From the NCBI GenBank assembly GCA_001949185.1, contig BDGG01000009.1:1539624-1603623 (forward strand): DNA of 64,000 nt, in the 5' to 3' direction. The translations under genes were made by a program, and so were the position numbers. The DNA is from Ramazzottius varieornatus. Its lineage: Eukaryota > Animalia > Tardigrada. Shown here one piece after another: positions 40,101-60,943 of this stretch. Below the pieces are notes generated by a model, which was not told the DNA's origin, ran no database searches, and saw only the letters and a program-made list of their open reading frames with translations. Each line of letters starts with the position of its first letter. The stretch's first letter is position 1.

Positions 40101-43100
40101 CTGAAAAGGGACTTCCACCCAACAAGACGTAGTCCAGAGACGCACTGCTGCTCGACAAGGACTGGACAATCAGGCTGCGCTGCGCGCTGCTAGAACCCCA
40201 CCGCAAGACGGCGGAACAATTGGAAGAAGCGGAAGTTGGCAACTGCGTACTACAAAGTCACACACAGCTGAAGGTTGTTGGCGAATATAGAGGATTCATT
40301 TATGGCTTACGCTAAGAAAAGCACCGATGGAGCATCAGCGTTGGTCGAGGCAACATTACTGGTAACCTCTAGCAGCAAAATTAGTCCTTGGCTTCCACAA
40401 GAGACGCTCAAGTTCAGCCTGCTTCTGTTGACCATGACAAGCTGTATTGATTGACTTCCAAATGCAGCCGACCCTGCTTCGATTAAAGTGGCATTGGCAG
40501 TAGAGCTGGCAGGGTCGACCGAGAAGCGCAAAGCTACTTCAAAGTACCCCGGTGGAACGTCCCAGTCCCCAGCCGTTATCGACGACGACAAGTTGTAGCG
40601 AAGGTAGCCGTTGCCGGCAAAGTGTGGCCGTGTTATCAAGACTTCATCTTCACAAACGTCTCCCACAAAGCGAAGCGGACAATCGCAGCGAAATCGATAA
40701 GACTGATCGATGCGGCACAGTCCGCCATTGCGACAGAAGGTCGGGGGACAACTGACTAGCGGGTTGACCGCTACCTGTAAGGGCAGGTCGGGGACTCCTA
40801 CCGCGTTAGCCACTCCCTCCAGGGGCATGTCAGAGTTCTCTACGTCGTAAGGAAGAGGTAAGGCCTGGCTACCTAGTGTCGGCCTGTTTAGAGTGTTAAC
40901 AGTGACAGCAAGAATGACAGCTGTACTTGTCTGTTGCGAAGTCGTCAAAGAGCTGGGTGAGGAACTTGTGGAGGCCAGTTTTAAGGTTGGAGAGGAAGTT
41001 TGTGTTGTGACGGTGCTACTCGCCGTCGTTCTGGACAAGGCGGATAGAACCGACTGGATGGAAGGTACGGTGGCTGACTGTGTATTGGCTGGACGTAGTG
41101 TAGGGTTTCTGAATGAAGTGACGTTGATCTGCCCGAAGCCTAACATGACGGTGGCGGTGTTGACCACCGCTTGTGGGATGGTGATGACTGCTGTAGCAGA
41201 GACTGTCCGATTGTATGGGGGTCTCTTTGTGGGCATGACGATGATCAAGCCACCCGACGAAGGTAGTCTGCTTGATGTGACAGGGCTGGAAGTGGACACT
41301 GTCCTCTGCATGGGTGTTGAAGGGGAGACCGTCGCTGGACTTGTTCTCGATGTAGAAGTCGGTAAGATAGCCGTACTGGGCCAGCTGGTGGTAGCTATAG
41401 TGGTGGAGGAAGAAAATTGGGCAATATCACAGCGCCAACCTACAAAGACCGCACACCTGACATCAGTCTGCTGCATGCCGCGTGCTGCAGAAAGTAAAGA
41501 TCAGAGAAAGGCAGGGAGAATGGATATAGCTTGCCTGTAAACGATGCCGGGCATAGGCAAGTAAAGTTGCCGATACCGTCTTGGCAAGTGCCACCGTTCA
41601 AACATCGTGCAGGACCTTTACAATCATCAATGCGATATTCACAGTAGTAACCACCTGTTGTCGGAAAGGCCAACTGAAGATCAGACCTGCAGCGTGAACC
41701 ATTCAAGTTCATTATTTGTAAGCTAGCATGTACCGTAGTCTGGCTGACACAAGCATTCCAACTTCATGGCCGAATTCGAGGCCAGCGGCGCACACAAGCC
41801 GCCATTCTGGCACGGCGAATTCTGGCAGGGGTCTTTGGCCACTTCACATCGAGAGCCCAGCCAGTCTAGGACAAGGTAGCCAAGAATTATGACAACGGCA
41901 AACATTAGAAGAAGGATCTTGAAAAATAGGGTAGAACAGGGCGTACTTTCGTCGCAAAGGCAGACTGGAGCTTGTCCGCCGACCATGACCACACAGGTTC
42001 CCCCATTCAGACAGGAAGTGGTTGAGCAGTCTGTTTCCGAGCAGGTTCTGCCCCTCCAAGCTGGGTCACATATGCAGGAGAAGCCATCGGCGCGGTTCAA
42101 ACAGGCCCCATGGTCACAGGGATTGCTCATGCAATGGTCAAGCACCACTACTTCGTCCTCGGCTCTGGCCGCCTCTGCTATGTCACAGTTAAACCCACTG
42201 TAGCCTGTACCAAGAGCAAAACAGTGCTAGTTATGAGCTATTTCCTATCGATCGTTTCCTCTGATAATGGTGTAAGGTTTAAAAAGTTGAACTTACCAGG
42301 AAGACACAAACAGCGGTATTTACCGATATCGTCAATACACAGACCATGGCCACTACAAGACACTCCAATGCAGTCATCAATATTCTCCTCGCATAATGAG
42401 CCTACAATCCCACAAGTTATGCCCACTATTACCAATTTATTTGCCAACAAAACGGCTTATCGCATACCTTTGAAGCCCAGAGAACAGTTGCATCGAAATC
42501 CATCGGTATTATGCTCATCCAAAAGGCACTTGCCGTTCTGACATGGGTTCATCGTTTGCGCCGAACAAAGCGTCTGCTCGCAGTGCTCGCCCGCATAAGC
42601 TGCTGCGCAATCGCACACGAAACTTCCATTACGATTACGACATTGCTGCAACGAAAGTCTATTTTGCATATTCTGTCATGTTCAAAAGATTTACTGTTTT
42701 GATCATGGAACTATAGTGAATGGAACATGGCATACAGATCGATTTGCCATTAGTTACGAAAATCGTAGTGGAAACCTTTACCCCTCGTCCCATGCAAGGG
42801 TTCTCGGCGCTGCTGCACTGGTCGGCACTGTCCTGACAACGAGAGCCGGTAAAGTCTGGGGGACAGTCACAATGGAAGCCTCCATCGGAAGTGGGTCGAC
42901 ATGCTCCTCCATTCAGGCAGGGCTGCTCTTGGCAAACATCATAGGCCTTCTCGCAATAGACACCTGCCACAAGCAACGATAAGAGCACAATGCACCAAGA
43001 AGCACACAGAGTAGCGTTGGCGCGACCCAAGAACTCTACAATAGGAAGAAGAGCCTACCGGAGAACTGCGGCATGCATACGCATTGGAAACCGGCAGGCG

Positions 43101-43350
43101 GAATACGGTTGAGGCAGCTTCCGTTGTTTCGGCACAAATTCAACGAGCATTCGTCCACTGGAACGCTGCAGTCGACGCCCGAATAGCCTTTCCGACAGAG
43201 ACACTGCATGTGGGAAGAGTTGGTCTGCATGCACCGGCCGAAGTTGCATGTCGAAGATGTACATGTTCCCGCTCGCAGTCCAACCGTCTGACAATCAGCA
43301 AAGCTTGATAAATACAGAAGAAGTACGGCAACAAATAAGACTCTTTCCAT
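37114..43350 (-). CDS. Eyes shut/Spacemaker-like secreted EGF + laminin G protein
   Basis: Signal peptide [20 protein letters not shown], an array of EGF repeats, a Ser/Thr-rich mucin-like block (~40800-41420), then alternating EGF and about four LamG domains. No transmembrane segment before TAA at 37114. Confidence 0.75.
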
Positions 43351-43967
43351 ATTCAGCTGCCAGTATTCCTACTCCACCAACCCAAATTTCGGTTGGAAAA
43401 CTTCGGCGCGCTACTTTAATTGTCCATAGAAAAGTGTGCGCTAACTTGAAGGACCACGCGTAAACCCATCACTCCGTCTTCTATTTCCCACTTTTTATAG
43501 CGCGACACCGTTCCAGCCAACCCCAAATAGAAAGCTAAATGAAGAACGCTGTTACCTTTCATTCTGCCGATATAATATGTCCGTGCTTGATCGATAAATA
43601 ACCCAATCGATTACAGGGCACAGGTACGAATGGACGATACACACAATATGCAAAACAGACGGAAGCCTGGAGGTAACCTGACTTACCGGCGGTTCACTGG
43701 TCCCTCTCGATGAGTACGAATGTACCATATCATGTGGATGACAGCTTGTTCTCCTGATGCGGATGTTGACTTATACGTTTTCTCGTAAACAGGGGTAATG
43801 CGGGGAATTTCTGCAACGGAAGCCACCTCCTCTGTTCCGCTATAGCGCCACTATATGGTATGAAATCCGAGATGATATTGTGAATTTTGTCGTGGTTCTG
43901 CTGTTAGCACCCTCCGATACACTTGCGGTCGGGGATATACAGAAGAAGCGCGTCCTGTCGTGGACTT

Positions 43968-46900
43968 GTAGGTTAGATTTAGGTTTAGGTTGATTGGTTT
44001 AAAGTCCATCAGCACGGGAACTTGTCCCATCAAGGCCACAGGACACACAATATCGGTAGAATACAGTCGGAGTAGAGTATCATTTGTGAAGTTAGCATTT
44101 CAGGTCTGGCAGATGTTGATTTTGCCACTTTGGCTGCTTAGCCATCTTTCTTCGTCAGAGAACGGTTTCTCAGTCCGAGCTCAGCCAACAGGGCTTCTGA
44201 GACTGTGGGCTTCCGGATCCACTCACTAAGGAGTTTACCCCGGTCCATGGTTCCGTTTGCAATCAACCTTGCTAGGCCAACATTAGAGTGGCTGTCGCAG
44301 GAGGGCTCCGTATACCACTATTCCCAAAATGTTTGTCTTGACCACCCTTTGCTTAAAATAATGAACGGAAAGAGATCAGAACAATAAGTCAGAAGGAAAA
44401 AGTCGGTTTAGCAAAGGAAAAGACTTCCAGTCAACAGACTCGAGAGCTAGTTCAAATTTCCACTTAGTTTCATAGGCAGCAGCTGGGAAGTCCAGCGAGT
44501 TCCACAAGCTACACATTATCCCGACGAAGGAGTCAGGACTGGTGAGTAACTTTCGACCATTCAGGAAGGAGCCAGTGGGCTGAACGGGACAGGGATGCGT
44601 GCGTATTCTGTCCAGACTTCGCGTTGAGGACGAGGGACCAAGCCCTCGCGCTGGAAAAGACAAGAACCCAACGACACCGTACCAACAATAAGTTTGTAAG
44701 CAAGAGATAGTGACAGTTTTATCCGCCGAATCAACTGGCTATTCCATCCAACTTCCAAGGCATTAAAGTGATACCGTTCGTGATCAGACCAGCTAGGGCT
44801 ATCACCAAGCCGAACTGTGCGGAGAAACTTACCAGCGCACTTTTCAATTTCTCTGAGGGAACCTACCAGCGACGACCACACAACCGATGGACAATAGTCA
44901 AGTAAAGATTGCACTAGTGCATCAAACAGCCTGATGCGTGCTGCCGAGTTCCTGTACTTGAACAAGGAATTCAAATATCGGATTCGCTTACGGACTGACG
45001 CGCATTTGGCAGACCAGTGAGCCGTCCAGGTTAGCCTGCTGTCGATGTGGATACCCAGGTAGTTGACGGCGAGCGCACTAGGTATGACAGTTCTTTCCAA
45101 TTTATACTCTGCAGTATCTGGACTTCTGCGACGGCTTATGCGAAGATGGGAAGACTTGACAGGATTGAAGGTCAACTGATTCGACCTTCCCCAGGCGGCG
45201 ATATTGTCTAAGTTAGATCCGATTGGAAAATGGGATGATCACTGGCGGTCTCTTGTGGACGGGAAACTAAAATATCATTTGCGAAAAGACTGAGACAAGT
45301 GCCAGGCGATACAACAGTAATTATATAAGACATCAGAACAATAAATAAGATCGGACCAAGAACAGATTCCTGAGGGACTCCACTTGTTACGGGCAAGAAG
45401 TCCGATGGATTACCGTTCACAGTAACCACCTGTCGTCGGTTCGACAGATGGCTCTCTACCAATCTTCTGCACTGAGTTGGGACTCCAAACATCTCTAACT
45501 TCTGTAACATCACTTTGTGATCGGCCCGATCAAACGCTTTCGTGCAGTCCAAAAACACTGCATCGATCTCAACCTTGCTGTGATTTACGTCTGCCCAGAA
45601 CTGGGTTATCAGTAGACTAGCGAGCTCCGTTGAGTGACCCTCACGAAAACCGAACTGATTACTCCCAAATGCATTCCTGCCTTCCAGGAAATTACAGAGT
45701 CGTTTACCGATTACCTTTTCAAAACACTTGGATATTGGGTGTAAGATGGATGAGTCTCCACGAAGAAACCGAGGTTGGGTCTTTCGAGCTTTTCGGAGCA
45801 GCAGTAACATATTGGGTTTTCCAGAAATCAGGGAAATACCCAGCGCTGCAACACAAGTTAAACAATTTCGTGAGAGCTGGAAATAGAGCATTACCTGTGC
45901 GTTGTAGAAGTTCTACAGTGACTCTGAAGGGTCCGTTTGACAAGAATAAGTTGTCTCTACCAGAGCGTCATCCAGGACTTCAGCTGCACAGCGTAACGTC
46001 ATGACATCGAACTCGTCTTGTAGGCGGGCATCGCGTACTGCCTCGACGAAGGCTGCTTGAGATCCATTGACGAACTTCCATCGTGACTTCATGACTGGTT
46101 GCACTCTCTGTTTGCGAAGGTGAAATTTGAACTGTTGGCTATCATGATCACACTTGGCGGAAGGCGGAGAGACTGAGGTTACATCTGTAACTAGAGAAGG
46201 TCTAGGGGTGAAAATCAGATTAAGAACATTGTTGTTTCAAGTCGGGAAATCTATCAGCTGCCTAAACGAAATTTAGGCAGCTCTGCAAAGTTCTATTAAG
46301 ACCCGCTCATTCTTTGTATCTGCCGTACATTTACCCCAATCGACATTCGGGGTGTTGAAGTCGCCGATGAGTATCAGCTTTTCAGTTATTTCTCGTGGAA
46401 TTGTTCGGAGTTGGTCGCTCAACCGCGACACATCTTCCACTACCTTATTTGGTGACGCATAGAATGCACCCACAATCACCTTTGCTGTCGGAAGCTCAAT
46501 AACTAATAATTCTATCTCACTGCACTGAAGATCAGCTCTGTGTCGAGTACACAACCCCATCTTCCTGACAACCATCGTCACACCTCCATACCCATCTAAA
46601 CGTGGTTTTCTGGAAACATTAAAACACCGTAAATCAGCAAAGACGTTGTCGGCTATGCAGCCGTCATCCCACGTTTCAGTTATAATACAGATATCGGCAG
46701 CGGTGCACCACGACTTAACCTGTACACTCTTGGACTTCACACTTCTGACATTGCAGTGACGAAACAACAAGGTATGTAACTTGACGTTCGATTTTACATT
46801 GGGGAAATTGGGCGCTCGCTGACTCAAAGAGCCGCTTGCACCCTCTTTAAGTTTTTTGCGATAGTTACCTGTTGGAACCGCCTCTCTGAGACCGCCTTAG

Positions 46901-47800
46901 CCACCGGACATAGCCAAATCTGGAACGCGCCATGTTTAGGGACATTATGCATATCGACCTTTTTCTCGACGCAGTTGCAGCATTTCACATCTGGGTTCGA
47001 ACAGTCCCAATGTCGTGGTCGTTCGAAGCAAATTTTTCGCATCGATGTTGCATCCTGTGGGACAAATTTGATCACTACTTGGGGTTTTCTATGAAGAATT
47101 ACCGAGTATTTCGTCGCAGCAGTGCAGTTCTCGAGGGCTATTTTAGCTTTATCGCGATCTTCTTTAGTGGCGAATTCGTAAACGGCTCTGTTGTTCGCAG
47201 TAGATCTGATTCCACCTAGCTTGACTTGATTACTTTCGGGCCCCAGGGCTGCCTTTACTTTGCTACCTAGCTCAGTGAGCTCACGGTTAGACTTCCGGTG
47301 TCCGTTATTTTCTTCCCCGTCGACAGGCTTCAGAATCAGGACATTGGGGTGTCGCTTTACCATATCGGCAAACGTCTGTTTAGCAGCGGTTGTTTGGTAA
47401 GATGACTACGTCTTTGACAGCTTGCTTTGCTGCATTACGAATACCATCTTCTATCTTGGCTGGTAACTGATCAATCTTCTCCGCGAGCATCTTTACGATC
47501 GAGGCATCTTCCTTTACTTTGGCAGATTCCTTCATCAAGACTTCCGTCTGGACATCTTTGAAGAAGCTTCCAACAGCAGTACACCAGTCAGCGATCTCAA
47601 GTGGAGTCATTCCGTTCGATTGATTGACTGAGCCAGGCTAGACGGGAAACAACACCACCTCCCACTGATCGAGATTTCTTCCTTACTGTCGAGTAACAGT
47701 GCTTGACTCGATGTTCGACCACTTCCTAACAGTATTCGACGAGGTAGCACGACAGAGAATGAAGCAGAGGGAAAAACTAAGGAAAAACTAAGGAAAAACA
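43968..47800 (-). mobile_element. Decayed non-LTR retrotransposon (APE-RT LINE, CR1/L2/Jockey-like) with ORF1 and ORF2
   Basis: ORF1 pieces with Cys/His knuckles (46824-47610). Endonuclease NVRS/ITETW/GDFN (46273-46827). RT QFGFR, LDCTKAFD, GVPQES, FAND (45208-45891) and YLGI (44561-45175). Multiple stops and frameshifts, and a short-repeat 3' tail. Ends approximate. Confidence 0.9.
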
Positions 47801-49185
47801 GTGTGGCGTATCCGCATGGATCCTGGGGGATCAGCGTTTCGGATACGAGGTAGAGGGCATGGAGTGTTCAAGACAAAAATTCGTGTGCGGAGAGTTCAAC
47901 GTAATATCTCCAACATTATTGGATGGACTTTGCTCCATATGGGCTCATTTAATAGAGAAAATTTTCTCCATTCATAAGATGCAAAGCGAGCAACCAATAA
48001 GCGGTGGAAAGCTGAGAAAGGAGTCTTGGGAAGAAGGACGCTCGAGTCCCATGTTAAAAAGCCTGCTCAAAAAATAAACCGTGGGCCACAAGAGGCGCTG
48101 GTGTCGTTCTCATGATATAGTGGTGCTGTGCGTCATCAGTCTGGTTTTCACAAATTCGTGAGTCTCATATGTCTGTTTGGCCAGGCATAGGTGTTCCTTG
48201 ACGTATTTCCGGTGCAGTGAGCAACCGTACTACGGTTTTCGATGCAGCGAGGCCAAATTTTACAAAGATCATCTGTGAACTTCTGTGACACTTCTCTCAG
48301 GAACTCCCTTCAACATGGCTTCCAGGAAACTCAAGACCGCTGTTAAGGTTAACAAAGAGCTGATGGTGAAAGCGGCCATCAAGGCTGTCAAGGAAAGAGG
48401 ACTCAGCGAGAACGCAGCTGCGCTGGAGTTTGGAGTTTGCCGAATGACGATGCGCCGTCGGAAAGAATATCCAAATCCTGAACCTCACGGTGGGAAAACG
48501 AAATTTCCTCAATGGGCAGAAGACATCTTGGCAAGTTTTCTTCTCAACTGCAGTGATATGGTAGCCCTATTGAACCGATACCATTGCGTCCAGTTGTTTT
48601 CGGAGCTGGCTACTGAGATTGGTGAGTGAATGAAATTATTGCTGGATAGTTACCAAATGGGATTCCCAATACGAGTATTATTCCCAGGATTACAAGCGGT
48701 GTTGTTCTGATTTCCAGGCATCACGAAAACGTCGTTTGAGGATCACAAGTTTTTCTCGCGGTTCTTGTCAAGACATAAGGAGCTATCAATGCGGATTACC
48801 CATGCGACAAACCGCAAAAAAGACCGTGAATGGACAACTGAGCGCTGCGAAGAATATATCCAGAAGCTACAGAAACTTAAAGACGGAGGATTCCTCGAAA
48901 GGCCCGAGTTTGGAACTTGGATGAGACTGCTTTCAACACGGCACGGATGTAGGATCGAGTCGTTGCACGGAGAGGAGTGAAGCAGATCCCGTCTCAGTTT
49001 GATGGCAACGAAAAGGAGTGCGTTACCATACTTCCATGCGGTAATGCTGCTGGAGTCCAGCTGAAACTTCTGGCGCTTTACACAGGAAAAGTCCATGTTC
49101 AGTCTAGGTTGGATGATACTTTCGACATGATCTACTACGCAGTGAACTCTTCTGGCTACATGGATCAAATTCTCTTCGCAAATTA

Positions 49186-50471
49186 TCAGGTGATAAGGTA
49201 TGACTTGTCGGCCACCAACATAAAATTTTATTACAACTTTCCCCAGTTTGAATCTAATCCTTTTCAATCGAAGTATTCACCATTACTATCGACACACTTT
49301 TGCCATTTTTCCGGTAGACAAGATAGGCCTTTACGGAAGAACTCGAGAAAAAGAGAACCGGCGAAGTTCTCGAAGGCACTTTTCACAGCTTCTTCGGAAT
49401 TAAATTTTCTTCCTCTCAAAAAGTTATCAAAATTCAAAAAGAAGTGATAATCTGTTGGAGCTAAGTCAGGACTGTATGGTGGATGAGGAAGAGTTTCCAG
49501 ACCGAGCTCGCGTAATTTGGCAGAAGTCTTTTTCGCGGAGTGAGCTTTTGCGTTGTCGTGTAGCAGCAGGGGCTTGTCACGATTGACCAACTTTGGTTGC
49601 TTGACGGTCAGCTTCTTCATCATTTCCTCCAGTTCCAGAGAGTAGTAGTCTGCTACTATTGTTTTGCCAGGAGGAAGAAAGTCATAGTGCACTATCCCTT
49701 CCATTGTCCACCAAACAGTAACCATGATCTTGCGTTGGTGAAGCTCAGGCTTTGGAATAGTTTTCGGGACTTCACCTGGGCTCAAAATTACCTTCTTCCG
49801 CTTCCGGTTGTTGTAAAGAATCCACTTCTCATCACACGTAACAATTCGATGCAGGAAAGGTTCGTTTCTGGAACGGTTGAGGAGAGAAAGACACACGTCC
49901 ACACGATGCCTTTTCTGGAGTGCGCTAAGTTCATGAGGTACCCACTTTTCCAACTTTTTCACCTTACCGATCTGACGAAGGTGCAAATCGATAGTCACGG
50001 GTGATACGTTGAAGTGTTGAGACAATACGGCAGACGTTTGGGAAGGATCGGGCTCCACCAGCTTTCTCAGCTCGTCGTTGTTCACTTTCAGTTTTGGCCT
50101 TCCGTGAGGGTGATCTTCGAGACTGAAATCTCCCGAACGGAAACGAGCATACCATCGTTCCACCGTAAGTTCGTTAGTGGCGTCTTCACCAAAGACATTG
50201 TTGATATTCTGGGCTGTCTGTGCTGCGTTGGTGCCGCGACGAAATTCATACTCGAAAATAGTCCGTAACTTGCTCTTGTCCATGGGCGCGCCAATAACTC
50301 CACAGAGAGGGCAGAAGCAACAAACTAACATAAACGAAGCAGCGAAAGATAGTAGACGAACACTAGCATCGACACAAAAAAAAACGAGGCGAAACGATCG
50401 CGCGAAAAGAGAGATATGGATTTTTCAATGTGAGACTGGTGTGAGCCAACAAGTCATACCTTATCACCTGA
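49186..50471 (-). mobile_element. Full-length mariner element (1286 bp)
   Basis: 27-bp TIRs TCAGGTGATAAGGTATGACTTGT(C/T)GGC with one mismatch; TA duplication at 49184-85 and 50472-73. Confidence 0.97.
49264..50283 (-). CDS. Mariner DD34D transposase, intact 339 aa
   Basis: WVPHEL, IVTCDEKW, LHDNA, YSPDLAPTD; 34 residues between the 2nd and 3rd Asp. Confidence 0.96.
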   Translation of the reverse strand: MDKSKLRTIFEYEFRRGTNAAQTAQNINNVFGEDATNELTVERWYARFRSGDFSLEDHPHGRPKLKVNNDELRKLVEPDPSQTSAVLSQHFNVSPVTIDLHLRQIGKVKKLEKWVPHELSALQKRHRVDVCLSLLNRSRNEPFLHRIVTCDEKWILYNNRKRKKVILSPGEVPKTIPKPELHQRKIMVTVWWTMEGIVHYDFLPPGKTIVADYYSLELEEMMKKLTVKQPKLVNRDKPLLLHDNAKAHSAKKTSAKLRELGLETLPHPPYSPDLAPTDYHFFLNFDNFLRGRKFNSEEAVKSAFENFAGSLFLEFFRKGLSCLPEKWQKCVDSNGEYFD

Positions 50472-52601
50472 TACATCAGGAAGGAAGTTCTCCCAGCCAT
50501 CACAGAATTATTGGTAAGGCAGTATAGTTGCGTGTGACGTCATTTCTTTCGGTTTTGCCGCTGTTACGGTGACCATTATAGCGGAACACTATTGTGACGT
50601 GATGCGCCTCATCATAATGATATTCAAGGGAATCCCTTTAAATGGTGACTTAGTTTTATTTATAGACAGTCGTCTTTGTGGACGGCCATTTTTCCCACGT
50701 CAACAACCTACTGTTGGTTCGATACTGTCAAGACTTCTTCAAGGATACTGGAAAGCGTGTCGAAATATTTTGTCTTCCCGTTGGCCAAACCAATCCTCTT
50801 CAACCTTTCGATGTGACTGCTTTCGGCGGAATTAAGAAGAAATGGCACAGTTACGTCGGCTCGCGAAATGCTTTGGCTGGCGGAATGGTTCGTGAATCTG
50901 TTTCACTTATTCCGTTGTTATGTGTCGTAAACCGGTGCCTTTTCGTAGATCACGAAAGACAACTTCCTTTCCCATATTGTGAAGCTCTGGTTTCACAAAG
51001 ACGGTTGTCCCGAGAAGTTCGCTTTTAGAGCTGGAGAATGCCTTAAATCTGGATTCCAGAAATGCGGATTATTTCCTTTCTCACCCGAGGTTATCAGAAA
51101 CACAGTCAAAGCTCACCACGATCCAAATAAATTTAACTGTGGAGTCCACATTGAGGCTGAACGAGAAAAGGATGCGAAACTTGCCAAATTTCTACTTGAC
51201 GAATACGACATTGTTTCGCAAGACAAATTTGGTCGAATCAAAGAGTTTATACTCTTAACAAAGCAAGATATAGCTCCTGCCGCTGTTCTCGCTGGTGCTT
51301 TGCAGAAAAGGCTGTTCGAAGAAGCGCCAAAGAAGCAACGCCGACCAACAAACAAGCAGCTGGACCTGCAGTCTGGAGCTATGGTGACTGCCGGCGAATT
51401 TGTGGAGGTTCTGGTGCGAAACGAGGCTGCGAAAGCAGCCGAGGCGGCAGCCAAGAAAGCTAAAAGAAATGCTCCTGAGCCAAAAACCTCAAAGAAGACT
51501 TCCAACTCCGTCCCAAAAAAGAAGATGAAAACGGCATAAATTTGGTTGCTTCCTGCGGATTCCGCTTTTGTTTGTCTTATTTTCAATTTTAATCTGGACG
51601 TATTTGTGTCTTGATAATTACCTCTTAGCGAGAAGTGGTTGCCGGTTAAAGGGGTGTAAGTTGGAAGTAATATTTCGATACTTCAGGACTGTGGGTAAAG
51701 AACAACCTAATAATGCGGTGGCATACCGCTGATAACAACCGTACCGCAGCTAACTTGACGGTACCTCTCTTGCTTGAAATTGAGGAAAGACAAGTGGTGC
51801 CACCCTATACCGCAGTCTTGAACTCTCCACGCCCGAATTTTTGTCTTGAATACTCCATGCCCTCTACCTCGTAGAGAGATGCCAGTATCCCAGTATTGTC
51901 GCCGGATCCTTGTTCATCACAATATTATTAAATAGTATTAACTTCCTTCCGAGTATCTAAACATAAGAATTGCTATGCCGTTGGATACTTCAACAAAACA
52001 GATCCAGAAACTCAAGTTACGGTTAATTGACCACTATAAATGACCACTATTGGCTATTGCAGTAATTGTACGTCTACCTCATAAACAGACTGCGCTTTCA
52101 CCGGTTCACCCAACTGCCGAGTAAACTTCCGGTAGTTCTGCTTCATGTGCGAGTTTGCGAAACTGCAGCATTCTGTGATGGGACTCTTTGCTCATACATG
52201 GCCTCTGTTGATTGAATGATTCACTTCGAACTGACCATTTTGTTCTTTCCAAACATTCGTTTTTTGCCTTTTGTTTACATTTTCCTGTCGTGTACAGCAT
52301 CCATTGCTCCCACGAGCTTCCCTTGGGAGTTTCTTAACCATCTTGACTGTTTGAGCATCTTGTGCATTCTGAACTACAGGTTATGGTAAGTGCCAAGTTG
52401 ACGTACATCCGGTAAGGACAAAGGCTGTGCAGTACCATAAAGGGAGCTTTGTTCTAGGAGGGAATGGTCGTTTGTTCCATGTGGCCTCCGATGTGGCTGA
52501 GAGATGGCTGACGGAAGGACACGATCACATACATGACTCTTCTGTCGTCCTTGTGCAACTGGAACTGCCCCTTATTAGTTCACTGATGGGAGCGCGAAGC
52601 G

Positions 52602-59945
<7,344 letters not shown>

Positions 59946-60943
59946 CCGCACCACGTTGCCCACCTGACGTTTCACCTCTCCTTGCTTTTTGTTGCTCGTT
60001 CAAAAGTCCTGTGTAAGCTTCCTTGGTTCTACGGCCTCTTTATTTCTTGGTTTCAGCTCATACATTTTCGTCTTAACTTCTGTAGTTTTGGTGCTTCTAT
60101 CTCTCGTCTACAATTGTGTCTTGTTCACATTAGCCTTCTTCCCTGACAAACCATCATTGTTCCCGATAAATATCCGCCATGATATTCCAGGTCGATGCTG
60201 TCACTCACACTGGCCAAGTATGTTCAACCAAGTAAGGACATGTCCCACGATGAATCAAATGAAAAATGTCTTGATGTGAAGTTTGCGCCAGGGCACAAGC
60301 AAAGTTTGAACTTCCTTGTCCATAGCGGCAGACCATTTCGTGTCTGCGTCCCATCTCCACTCTGCTATATACTTCATAGCCTTGCGAAGGACTGTACCAT
60401 CGTCAATGTTTCTGGTATTTTATAGAAATTCCCCGAACAAAACGAAACGTGAGAAGATTGAGAAAAAAAACAAAAGGTGCGACGAATGCCGCTTACCGTG
60501 ATTTGATTCTGAACAAATGTCACCGAAACTGAATGTAAGCACGCTTTGTCTCAAAAATCAAAGGAGGAAAAAGACAGTCAAAACTGTTGTAAAAAAGAAG
60601 AAGAGGTTCTTTATTACAGCCATCATAAATCTTGAAGCCACCAGGACCCGTACAAAACACTAGGTTGTGCAAATGCACATTACACTGTCGACCGACACGT
60701 CTTTCCCAGGAAAAGAAGAGTCAATCGTCGCTTCAGCCTTTGTCGGCCACGCCTTGTGCCACCTTGTGGTCGGACAACAGGGCGCGCAACAAAGGGAAAA
60801 GTCTAGGGCAAAGCCTTCGCTCTGCTCTCTGACTGGCCCACAAGAAAGAACAATCAAGATATAGTTTTACTTTGTCTTGCAAGAGATCTTGGTGCATTGA
60901 GTGTCTGTCAATCATCGCTTCAGTCTAGGAGGCGGACGATCGT

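Larger units (their letters stand above)
48315..51539 (+). pseudogene. pogo-like transposase pseudogene (3 introns, frameshift and stop near 48905-48955, mariner insertion)
   Basis: Introns 48622-48717, 50514-50665 and 50888-50948 each restore the frame. Removing the mariner restores FANYIRKEVLP. Confidence 0.82.
47846..51871 (+). mobile_element. pogo/Tigger-like DNA transposon with spliced, damaged transposase
   Basis: ~54-bp TIRs starting CGAGGTAGAGGGCATGGAGT, TA TSDs at 47844-45 and 51872-73. Psq-like and CENP-B-like HTH, then WNLDET, VFVDGHFSH and LQPFDV. Confidence 0.92.

Noticed and set aside
43968-43999. TTAGG-like telomeric repeats
   Set aside because: Only a few degenerate units; better explained as the LINE 3' tail.
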